Source: Iphione sp. A-MEVVRFRX5 (taxonomy: Eukaryota). Taken from it: 64,000 nt of DNA. Both the position numbers and the translations under genes were made by a program. Positions 37,797 through 49,270 of this stretch are shown in pieces. The stretch lies in contig OZ320315.1 of assembly GCA_976226885.1 (NCBI GenBank), positions 53,630,001 through 53,694,000 of the forward strand. The letters run 5' to 3'. Below the pieces are notes generated by a model. It did no database searches and was not told where the DNA came from. It was given only the letters and a program-made list of their open reading frames with translations. Each line of letters opens with the position of its first letter. Position 1 is the first letter of the stretch.

Positions 37797-40700
37797 CCAA
37801 GTGCAGGTCATTATCAGATAATGTTGAGTGGTGCAGCTGATAATAAAGCTGTCAGCGTGAGGTACCCTGACTCTTCTTTTGTTTTGTTTCTGAGACGGTG
37901 ATTACCAGGTACAAAAAAAGAATAGGCGGTGACGGACACCGAGACACGCAGGCCTGTCAGCTGTTGCACACCCTCCTCCCTGGGAACAACGACACACTAA
38001 TACAGTGACACACACATATACACACACATACGCCTAGACCATCACACTTGGCAGTCACACTTTGGCACCGACTGCCCGACATGTATACTGTATACCACAC
38101 CGGCTGTGGCCTCCAGTTGATGGCCAGATACCGGAGAACCTGCCGTACCACACACCTAGCCAAACATAACAACAGGTGTCATCGTGTCGTCAGTAATATG
38201 TATATCTGGCTTGGGCCAATAGTTCAATAACGCGCACCATGTCCCAGGAGTTTTGAATTGGGGCCACTCGTTGCGTGTTTACTACAATCTCTCTGGGTAG
38301 GCTAAATATCAGCTAGATACCTTGGAGAAAGCTGGCTGCATATTTCTGTTGATACTAACAGCTCACATGTCACGAATGCCTTCGTGTGGCAATCTTACCA
38401 GCGGAGGGGCTCAGCATGAGCACCTCTGTCATGCCATACGTTCCTTACACTGTTGGTGCTTAGATCTAATGGGCCAGTCTATCTAACGAAATAACTAAAG
38501 CCCCAGTACATCCTGCCATCCGTCTTGTTGGTGACCCGTGCCCTCCAGAGCTGACCTTTCGTCATGCCGAGGTGGCCAGGGAAATGACCGCTGATGACCG
38601 CTGCTGGGCCGGCACCGCTTGCCCATATACCACTGAGGGTGTATGGTCAATGGTCAGCCCAGTAAGAGCGCACATTCCTTTGCTTTCCCATCTCGAACCG
38701 CCAATAACTCACCCCCGCTTCAGCTCGGGGGCATGCCAGGCGCCGCCTGCAACACAACTGACCGCTAAGCGTCATCATTTGACATCAGCATGCGAGAAGA
38801 TGAAAGCGCCAACTGCTGCCCATGTCTAATATGACCCATTTCTGGCGCGGCGGCTCTCAGATCATAGAACGGGGCATTGCGGGCATCGATTTCCGGTGGA
38901 TAACCCTCCAAAGTGTCCCGAGTTGGGAGACTTGGCACGACTAGCCTGGGACTTCGCCCAAATACATTCTTAGCATGGGCGCCTGTTCATGTGCAGGCAA
39001 CATTCCCACATCTCCACCGTCGTCCCCCACTCGTCCGTGCAAGTGAAACCCCAGACCGCTAAGCGTCAAGTGCGATCCCAGGACAACAGTGCAACCCCTC
39101 TCCTCTCAGAACTGCAGTATGGGCGGGGCAGTGAACGTCCTTCACTGCCAAATCGACTGATAATTGACAGCAGACGAAGGCCGGCCGGGTGGAAAATGCC
39201 ACTTTCCTTTCTTTTTGAAACTTTTATGAAACATACGCAAATTTGATTAAAAGTCGCAATTAGGCATGTTTTCTGTGCCTTGACCGGAGGCATAGTGTCC
39301 ATCCGGGAGAAAAATGGACAGAGTGGGCACGTGGCCAGGGTACGGAAGAAACGAGACTTTAATTGCGCTAACAGAATGAATGGCTTCGGGCAATTCAATA
39401 AGCAGGCCGGGCGACCTGTGGCTCTGGACAGCCGGGGTCCAGCAACCAGGCGGCTGCTGCCAGTGGGCAATTGATGAGCCTCCAAAGATTGAGGGCTCAA
39501 CCTTTGGCACTAGATCGGAGGGTCAGTGTTAGGCGACCCTCGTGCATTTCCTGCTGCGCCCAGTGAAACAATGTCTACATGCAGCATATAGAGAGGATGA
39601 GGATATATGACGTCTGGGTCTGTACATGTAGTCACGGCGTCAGGCGAGCAAGTCCACGTATCAGATATGGTAATTCTTTGGTGGGATCAAAAGTAAATAT
39701 TGGGACGGATTCTACTAATGGGCTCAGAGAGTATTGTCCTGTATAACTTCACAGTCATACATATACATTGTATCGATTCCCTGCGGTCAAAAGTTGACTG
39801 CCGTTCCGTTGTTCACTGTCTAGCAAAGGTCATTGCCTCTTTTGGTGAGTTGGAGATGCGGCTGAACCCAGCCCGAATGTCCTGGTCCACAAAGGCGCGG
39901 GTCAGGGTCGCTCCCTTCCCGCGGGCCTTTGGTAGATGATAGCCGGGACCTTGCCGAGATGGCCTCCGGGCCCTGGGCGCCGTACCGAAGGGACACGTCA
40001 TGGAAAAGGTCGGAGTTAATCATTGCGTATCCAAGCAGCCTACATGAATAAGATGACGACCTGCCGCCGATGATGATAAAGCTGAGTACTACGGTGGGAC
40101 CTCATTTGCATGCATAAGCTTCGCTACACGACACCTTTGGAGCCAGGGTCCTAATTGCCTGGTGCGCTGCGTCAAGCGGGCCCAGTTGCCTTTGCTCACA
40201 AGGAGACAATTCTTTCGTGTGACATACTTAGCCCTCATATACGAAGGTCACCTTTCCAGAAGAACAGTGTTTGGATAGAACAGAGGCAGGTTACCTCGAG
40301 GGCATATTACTCAAAGCAATGCTATATTTTTTGTGCGATCGTGTGAATGGCTGATGGGGGCTGGAGAGGTGATACCAGGACTTTTTAAAAATGCATCCAA
40401 GAAAATAAAATTACTTCTACTGTGAATGACGGAAATGACAAGGCAGAGGTACAAGTGGACCAAAGAGGATGCCGTGCCTTGCACTACACGCGCTATCTGG
40501 CGCGGAGCACTCGTTGCCTATAGAATGGGAATTGCCACATATAGATGGGAGCCGGGCCGAGATATTGGTCGAGTGTGACCTGCACTGGGTGATTTATACA
40601 TCAATAGGACATTGGCGGTCCGCGCGCCGGGCCCGCCTCGCGCCTACATTATCTGCCCACATCTCGCGCCGTCTTCCCGCACGTCCCAGAGCTGCCTTAT

Positions 40701-43444
40701 CCCCACTCCGCGTCAAAGGCCTCCGCCATCGACCGGCCCGCAGCCGCCAATGGGCCGTTCGCAAATTGACCAAGGATCCAGAAAATGACGACCATGAATG
40801 TCAAATCCAAGTGCCATTTTCCAATGCTCTCAACAGGCGGCGGGCTGCAGCGCGAGCATAGTTAATTTTCAGCCTGGCCGACCCTCCGAGGCCTATGATA
40901 AATTTTTACGCCGGACATTAGGCTGGCAAGACAGTCTGCGATGAAACACTTTTTCTGGCTCCATCCGGAGTCATCGGCGCCACTGACAGTGTCTGAGAAA
41001 GAAAACCCACGGCAAAGGAGGGGAGATGGGCTGTAGGTTGAACTGGGACCGTTTGGGGTGGGGAAGAAGAGAATTAGCTTCATAATTTAGAAAACAGGAT
41101 GTGTTCCCCGTCGAATGACAGATCCTTCTTCGATGCATCCACACGTGCCCTTTAACGCCATCAGCCGCAGTTACCTTTTGCAGTTTTCCCGAGAAGGGTT
41201 GGTTGTGTTTTTTTTTTCAACCCGACCGAGAGAGATGACGTGCTCCTCCACGTGACTGCTGGCAACTCTACGCCTGATTCCTGAAGAATGCTCACTTTGA
41301 TGAATATGTGCATGATCAATACCACGCTTGATTAAGCACAGTGCTTTTTACACGTCCTTTGCATGCAATCATACACGTCAAAACAGTGTCATTCTTATTG
41401 CATTATTGCAATATTTTCTTTTGGGGGGGGCGCCGAGCTCGTACGATGGGCATTATCGTAAGCTGGTCGCCTCTTATTCTGGTCGCCCCGATCTTCCCAG
41501 GTCACTTTGCCTGATCCGTAATGATAATGGATCGGAGCAATGCAGCTACTTTGTCTTACCCGGCGTGGCTGTCAGATTATGATGCATATGGCCCACCATA
41601 ACACCATGATGAACACATAACATGCCTCCCTGGCATGCCACACGACTACCTTTTAAAGGATTGACCCTCGCCATAATGGGAATTGCCCTCTAGTCTTTCA
41701 AAACAAACAGCCCCAAATCAATATTAGGCAGCCAGCTGCTGGGAACCATACGATAAACTGTGAAGTTATGAGGTAAATTGTAAAACTTGCTCCTGAAACA
41801 TAGGCACCGAAGTTTGTCACAGAGGATATGAATCACAACTAAGAATTACATATTGTTAACGTTGTTTGAGAGCCGGATGTTTAGTCGTCTATCAGTTGTA
41901 TAAGTTGTAAGCAGATTACGCGAAGAAGCCCAGAGCCTCCGCTTGAGATAGTCACCCCACAGCAGCCATGGAACTGAGGCGACTCTCGCTATCTCCACCA
42001 GCTCGCAGTAGCCTCCACGACTCTGATATAATCCTATTGTAATGACTATTGCGGCACCATTAGAGCAAAGCAACCTGGCTCTGTCCATTTTTTGTCTGAA
42101 CTCCTGTTTTATCAATATTCGAGTGAAGCAAAAACTGGCATAGGAAAGGCCAGTAGCTTTTATCGTAATTGTTCGACAAACTTACTAGGGTCGGCTCCGC
42201 TGAGAATACATCAGGGGGGTCTTTATATGCAGCCGTGGGCGAAGGCAAATGAGAAGTGTCTGTTAAGGGTAGAGGTTGCTGAGGGAGAAAAACTAATTAA
42301 TCGTACCCGTGGTAAGCGACGATTCCAAGAAAGCCTAATGGTTGTACAGCGTGAAAAACACCGCCCCCGCCTGCTGTTTGGCTATGGCTTCCTCGAAGCC
42401 ATGCTGTGGCTTCTGCCAAAGGTTTACAGGGCGTTTAGATAGAAATAAGAGGCATGAGGTAATACTCACGCAAAATTCCAGATAAATCTTGAAGGAAGTA
42501 GGCCAACGTCTGTTTCTAGGCTTGCGACCTTGAACGTACCATTCTGTGACTCATGGTGGAGACGGCAGAGACCTGATGCGTAGTAAAGGTATATTTTATT
42601 GTTAGTGTTTATAGTAGAATGATTCATCTGTACGGTCGATTCTGACTGTCGCTCAGTAATTACACCAGAAAGCCGCTAGACTAGAGACTGTAGCTAATCG
42701 TTACACTGGTGTTGCTTAGAGCTGCGTACACGTGGATTTGTTCTGTAATCCCACCAATCTGCTTGTGTAACAAACCTTGAACCGAGCGGCAGCAGTTTTT
42801 CCCCCCAACATATCTCAAGTGTCACGGTGCTCATGGTTTGGATTTTCCTCCAGCGCTTGGGAGCGTAACACAGGAGTTGCATTAATCCGAGAGTGGTGCA
42901 GCCCGAAGGGGAAGCTGGACAACAGCAGTGTGCAGTGTAGGGTGGGCTGGGAGAGGGTGGCGAGGCGAATAGAGGGATGGCGGGTGGGCGGGAGCGGGCA
43001 AGTGTTGGAGCTGCAACCCAGGAGGCGCCTTGAGAGGCGGCGACCGGAAGAAACGCTGGTCATGGATCCCTCTAGGACGCAGGCCTTGCCTAGAATGACA
43101 GCTGCCAGATACCACCATGCGGGGTCGAGGACATGAACTTGTTCTTTCTAATAGTCAGAGATTTTTCATATCACGTGACATCATAGTACCTGACATCAAA
43201 GCTGGGTACTCTGAATAATAAATTGTGTTATGAATGTAACGGAAGTGTTGGAGGAGTATTCTTGGTGGTAAGATGATATCACCATTTCCCCCGTGGGCAT
43301 ATCTTGAATTTATGTTTTCCTTTGGTATGGGGATCTTTAATTGTTGTAAAATGCATTAAGTATACACGTGTTTTTTTTACTGCCGTTCTTTTATTACTGG
43401 TAATTAGTGCCGTGATGATGTCATTGTTTTTCGCCTCGTTGCAG

Positions 43445-44064
43445 GTGGTTCTTGCGCAGTCCAGCTTCCCCATTCCTTGTCCGCCGCCTTTTCCGGACTT
43501 TGAGGCCATTTTTGCCCGCACCCTCAAGCTGAACTACCGCTTCCGGGAAGTGAAGCTGCAGCTGCAAGCGCAGTTCAACCGGCGGCCAAACTGCTCTTGT
43601 TCGCCTGAACTCATGTCCAACATCAAGGGCATCAACGACGCGCGCTGCACGCGCACGACCAGCGTCGACAGGGTGTGCCCGTCGACGAGCACGGCCGAGC
43701 CGACGCGACCGTCGACCAGTATCGAACAGACGAGCAGTGTGCGCCCTATACAGTCGAGCCCGACGACAGTGCGCTACATGACCGGCGACGGCACGAGTGT
43801 CAGTGGCGCCGGTTCCGGCGGTGGTGGCGTTAGCAGAAGCAGGCGGCCGACGACGACGGCACCCGTCGTCGGTACGCGCAAGACGAGTTCCTTTGACGGC
43901 GTCAACGTCATCAATTTGGACACGACGACGCTGGCGGGGACTCCAGTACCATCGGCCAAGCCAGTGACTACCAACCGCGACGAACGCTTCACCATCGTCA
44001 TCATCGCTGTTGGCGCAGGGGCCCTTTTGCTCATATTCCTCATCGGCATCGTATTCATCTGCAG
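43445..44064 (+). CDS. Internal coding exon of an unrecognised type I membrane protein: end of signal peptide, small Cys-containing domain, Ser/Thr/Pro/Gly-rich stalk, transmembrane helix
   Basis: Acceptor ttgtttttcgcctcgttgcAG| (43445, phase 0) and donor tgcag|GTAGGG (44064, phase 2) bound 206 open codons with strongly GC-biased third positions. Translation: VVLAQSSFPIPCPPPFPDFEAIFARTLKLNYRFREVKLQLQAQFNRRPNCSCSPELMSNIKGINDARC...(T/S-rich)...FTIVIIAVGAGALLLIFLIGIVFICR. Confidence 0.8.
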
Positions 44065-44461
44065 GTAGGGGCATGTTCCATTCCCTTTCCCGTTCCATCC
44101 CCTTTCCCATTCCAGAATGCCATAAAACCGGCCCATATTCATAACTCTCCCTATTCGGAATGGGTGTTTCCCGACGCCTTATCAGAAATCGTTCCTCACA
44201 GGCGACATTACATGCTTTGTCTTTGCCCTTTTTTTAAAACTAGAAAGGAGACCACAGGTATGTTTATGTGTCTTATCATGTCTTTATTTCCAGAAACGAC
44301 GCCGTTTTATGGGATCCGTTGTCGTTTGTGTGTCTCTCTGGGAAAAAAAGACACCTCAAAGTTGTACAATTTTATTTCAGACGCGTGCGGTACGAGCTGC
44401 TGACGTGACTAATTGCGGATTTTCTATTTGATGTTTAATGTAAATCATTAATTTCCCGCAG

Positions 44462-44561
44462 GCCTGACTACACATCACCAGCTGCACATTGGCCAGCCAA
44501 CATCAAGAGAGAGTGCACGGGGATTCCAGCATGCACATGCGTCATGCTCTATAATTCATAG
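44462..44561 (+). CDS. Candidate cytoplasmic-tail exon A (R-PDYTSPAAHWPANIKRECTGIPACTCVMLYNS*)
   Basis: Good acceptor (cattaatttcccgcAG), phase 2 compatible with the transmembrane exon, open to TAG at 44559-44561. Confidence 0.3.
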
Positions 44562-45272
44562 CTTTGCTTTTCAATGACCTTCCTGTAGGCTCTGTGAGCG
44601 TGTAGTTGTCGCCTGAATTTTAAAACGTGAGTCGCTCTTCTTTAGGAGGCCATTAACTGCATGTAATGACCGATGTCGGTCGTGCACGGCTTTTGGGATT
44701 GGGGGTGGGTAGGTGGGATGCACTTTCCACCATCAGCTCCCCCAGACCCTTTCCGTATTGTGCTGCCTGGTGCCCTGAGGGCCGGGAAGTCTCCCTTTAT
44801 CCATCGTGCTTTGTTCGCCAACAAAGACTCGTGTGAGAGCGCCTGTCTTTTACACGCCGCCTCCCGAAAGCAGGCACGCACGTCCACGCCGTGCCATCAG
44901 GGGCCGTGCCTTCACACGCGCCGCAGCTTGCGTTTCAGCGTACGGCAAGGATAGCATGCAGTTTTGATAACTGTAGCCAGTGGAGCAGATCGCGGCCCCG
45001 CCTGGTGGTAGGGGTGGTTAGCTGCCACTTTGTACGCGGTCCCTCGTCGACGCACCCGACTGCATAATAGATAGCGTTTATCCAAGTCGGAGCCAGTTTT
45101 CCTCCTCATCTAGACCCGTCCCTCCCCCTTGAAATGAACCCCCGGGCTACCGGTAACCTGCAGCTGGTATCTGCCTCCCCTTCTGGAGCCATGGTAACAG
45201 CTAGGTGTCCGCATTAGCAAACAGGCGTTTACCTTGTTTGCCTTCGCCGTATTGGATGGGCAGTTTATCCAG

Positions 45273-45405
45273 GGCCAAGGTGTACGTGTACTTGCAATGC
45301 AACCAAGACATAAGGGCAATCAAGTTGGCGCAGTCACCTGACGACTTAGCTGTGATTAGCCCCGCGGCCGCCAGGCGGGCTCCCGTCGCCCCCGCGTGCC
45401 AGTGA
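45273..45405 (+). CDS. Candidate cytoplasmic-tail exon B (R-AKVYVYLQCNQDIRAIKLAQSPDDLAVISPAAARRAPVAPACQ*)
   Basis: Weaker acceptor (tttatccAG), phase 2 compatible, with high third-position GC like the transmembrane exon. Confidence 0.27.
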
Positions 45406-48400
45406 TGTGGTTTCGGTGTGGCTGCTTGGATTGCTTACGGGTTGCGTCCAGACAGGTCACCTTGATGAAAGAGCCACCCTGCCTGCTTTACTACTGCCAT
45501 GCCCGTGTCTGGAGAGACTCTCGTGCCAGGCTCACTGATTCAGTAAAGTGTGCCCACGGTAAGCCCACTAAGGCCGGTATTAAGCAGTCACGGTGGCCCC
45601 AGGGGTCGGCTAGAGGTGCCCCCTGATTACACTCGGCCTGATGGATCTTCATCTGGCGAATAGTAAAGCATCCGCATCCAGGTTCTTTGGTTAACGAAAG
45701 CTGTTTGCAATCTCTTTTGAAAATAATTCTCCTCGTCTCCCGTAATAAAAAGGCCTCTTCATGAATTTTACAGTGGCCAGATAAGAATGGGACCAAAGGT
45801 CTTCCATTTTCTGGATGGGTGGCTGGTCGCTGGCAGCAATAGTAGTCCAGATGAAATGTGATGTGGCGTGCTGGGTAAATACACGTACTTATGACGCTTG
45901 TGCATTTTAGGTTCTTGGATCATGAAACAGTGGGTTTCCTGTCGATATACTCAGTATAAATAATGTAGAATCATGCTTTCCTAGATGTTAGCTGTAATGG
46001 AGAACATATTGATCCAAAGTACTGGCGCATCCCCTGGACAAATACACTCAGGATCAAACTAAATGGATACGAAACCAATAAAATCTCTCTCCTCTAATGT
46101 ACATCGGGCACAAACGGGTGCTTTGGGTTCTCGCATTTCGCGGAAATGCCTTTTGGGGAATTAACTCGAGCTTGTAAAGCAAACGTTGGGTTTTGAATTT
46201 CGCGACGTGCTTTGCAGACGCAGTACGGATCAAAACTAACGATTAGTTTCACAACATATTGATCCCACAGGCCCGCTTATCATGCGTCTCCTTTTTTCTT
46301 GCATCCATGAAAAATGCATTCTTAAATGACGGAGATTGATGACACTACAGTGCGTCCAACCTGTTTGTCGACCAGAGCGGGAAGTGCCTGATAGATAGGA
46401 ACCTTGCTCCAGTGGGATATGCACTAGTGAAGACATGACTTTGAGGCTACAGGAAATAGTAATTATGTGAGATGTTTTATTTCCTTTTTATAGTTAGACA
46501 GTTGTGGCAGGTTAAAAGGCCAACGGTACTAAAGCATGAGGCTTCCAAGTGTTTTTCTTGGCATTTACAGCAAACCGCCTCTCAAATTGGCGAAATTGAC
46601 AGGGATGGTTGTGTCAGGGTCATGTTCGCCTCACTAGCCAGATATGACATTCCACTGCGTTTTAGGCAACAGGGAATGGAGACCTCTCACTGTCGGGGTT
46701 AAGGCTGCGGACGCGGCTGTCAGCAGCTGCCGCCCCGAGTGGCCATCATCCTCACACCGGCCCCGACCCACGGGGGACCCCGCCCCGGAGCCCCCTTGTC
46801 CCAAGCTGCCGCCCCGTTCGTCTACACTTTCAGCGCCCAGGGCAGCAGCGGGTGTTGGTGGAGGACACCGATAGCCCTCCACGGACCGCCCATCACAGGC
46901 CGCGCCCTCCCCGGCGCGTGCCGCCCGCGTCTCGAATGGCAACGCCACAGTGAAGCGTTTGCCGGTACGTCCTTGACAACTGTAGTCATGGGCCACACTG
47001 AGACCCTCAGTCACTACTCATCTAGCTTATCGTACAGACGATAGCAGCGAACAGATGCGCAAGCCGACCGCCTACCCTGGTCTCGACATTATCTCCGTAT
47101 TGTCCCATAGTTCAGCGTTCTCACGTTTTTCACTTACTTGTGGTTTTTTTTTATACAGACCACTTAATGCTCTGCGGTCACGGACCGAGTCATGTGGCAA
47201 GACGCTGAGGGATCAACAAAAACAACTGCCTCTTGCTCGTAGGGGGCAGTTTGTTTTGGGATGACATTACACACGGCTGTAAGTGGTCTGGCTCCTCTTG
47301 TGTGGTATATCGGTATGTTTGACAGTTTGACTCCAGTTTGAAATTAACCATGAAGGACACGTTACATATGTCTTAAGGCTAAAACCAACACGATTTTTTT
47401 TCCGAAACAAACATTCTCACAAAACCTGTCTGGGGACAGTTTTAGAGGTACCTGAAAGCAAACTGTTTATGTCAATAGAATTCTGCGCTGTGTTAATAGA
47501 AGAAATCATTGTTTACGATAAACTAGAGCTGAATATTTAGAAGGTCAGGAATTGTCACCATACTTCGTAGATTTCGCAATATATTTCAGGGACAAGAGAG
47601 TTTTTTTTGTCTTAAAACACTGACAGCGACACTTACAAGAAAGACAGATGGTGACCACCCCAGGAGCTGTCACATGTAGAGAGCTTGTCAAATGTGCAGG
47701 CCGAATACTTTCTCGCGAAGAGAGAATGCGTGGTGTAGGAACCATCCGGGCGAGTTTGTGCGAGTAATATCACCTTGGTAACCTTGGCGCTGAGGCATAA
47801 ATAGTTGATGACATGAAGCTCCCCACCGCCGAGACTGCCCTCTGGTGGGTGTCAGCTTAATGGAGACAGACGCCCTGCCCGCGGGCCACCACCAACTCTG
47901 TGATCTGCACATAGTGTCAAAACAAGCAGGGGTCATTAGTAATATGTTTAAATCACCATAAATGTAAAGTCGAAAAATCGCTTCTGTGGGTCGTTTACCT
48001 TTTATTTCTATCGCCATGCCCTCCCCCGCCACGTTGTTTAATTAGGTATCGTATCCCCTTGCCGGCCTGATAAGGTTATAAGGCTCACAGATGAGATGTT
48101 TTATGTCTTTGCCACTGGGAAAATGTCATAAGCCTAAACATGTCCAGCGTTAGTTGCAAAAAAGTTATTGGAGACTGGCGAGAAGATGATACATGTACAT
48201 GAAACTAATATTGAGTGGCACTTCGAGGTTACAACAAGATCTTTAGCCATCGGCCACACCGACGTATCCGACCCATGTTGGCTTTAGGTCGATGTAACTT
48301 GCCGATTCATTTTTAAGTGTTGTCCTATTTATGTAAGGTATTGAATGGCCAATATTTACCGAGTGACTAGGTCTATTGAGTAAATGAAATCTGTTACAGA

Positions 48401-49234
48401 AGCCAAGGTCGATAATTGATGTTGCTTCGCAATGTAATTGCATTAATGCAAGAAACTGTACATTTTATCTGAAATTGCCTTAACTGGGCTCAGGACTTGA
48501 TTAAAAAGGTCTACTCGATTACGTTTTTTGCATACTGTTTTCCAGCGGTGAACGGTTGAAATTATTTGTGTCCTAAGTATCCGGATGAGGCTCATGTACA
48601 CATGGATAATTTCACCCTTGTTGGTTCCCATGCCCATCTACTGCGTTTCACTGGCTAGTCCTAAACCATAACGCGGCCATGTCTTTCCCGAGGCACCTCA
48701 GGAGACAAGCAGTGAAAAGATCATGCCATGTAAAAGTCTGAGGGAAGTCGACAGCATGGTTGTTGGGAGTCTTTTAAATTGTTTGTGAAATGATAACAGA
48801 TCTAAGACACAAGAATGTTTGAGAGAGATAAGATAGGTTACCCTGCGGCTTGCCTACAGGACAGGTGACGGGACATGAGGCAGGGTGGGCAGACAGGTGT
48901 TTGGGTTGAGGATACCTTGGTAGGACGTACTCCTGTCAGGTGAGTAATTTATGTATCGCCAGGCTTGTAGGGACAACCTTGACGCTGGGTGCAGACCTGT
49001 TGGTGTCATTTTTCATCAAGAGTCAGCCTTGCCCTCAGACATAGTTCCGTGTTACATGACTGAAATAGTCACCCACTAGACGTGTACACGTCTTGTCTAG
49101 CCGGCTAGGTTAAACCGTTGGCAATGACTACACAGGTATTATAAAGTCACGTTTAATGAGTTGTGTTCCGTGGCACACCCGTGTGACCTTTGAGATTACA
49201 CGCGCCCGCTGAGAAGCACCCCAGCACACCATAT

Positions 49235-49270
49235 AGCAGCAGCGAGTGCAGCAGCAACAGCAGCAGCAGC
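49235..49270 (+). repeat. Interrupted (CAG/AGC)n trinucleotide tract
   Basis: agcagcagc gagtg cagcagcaacagcagcagcagc. Confidence 0.8.

Noticed and set aside
43304-43444. Hydrophobic N-terminal extension of the 254-aa ORF
   Set aside because: Probably read-through of the intron polypyrimidine tract upstream of a strong acceptor. Use of the ATG near 43415 cannot be fully excluded.
43421-44142. Long antisense ORFs (229 aa and 122 aa)
   Set aside because: Shadow frames of the GC-rich plus-strand exon.
46634-47044. Overlapping GC-rich ORFs, including a Pro-rich frame (PPCPKLPPRSS) after an acceptor near 46666
   Set aside because: All frames are open because of high GC, and none could be linked by phase and a good donor to the upstream exons.
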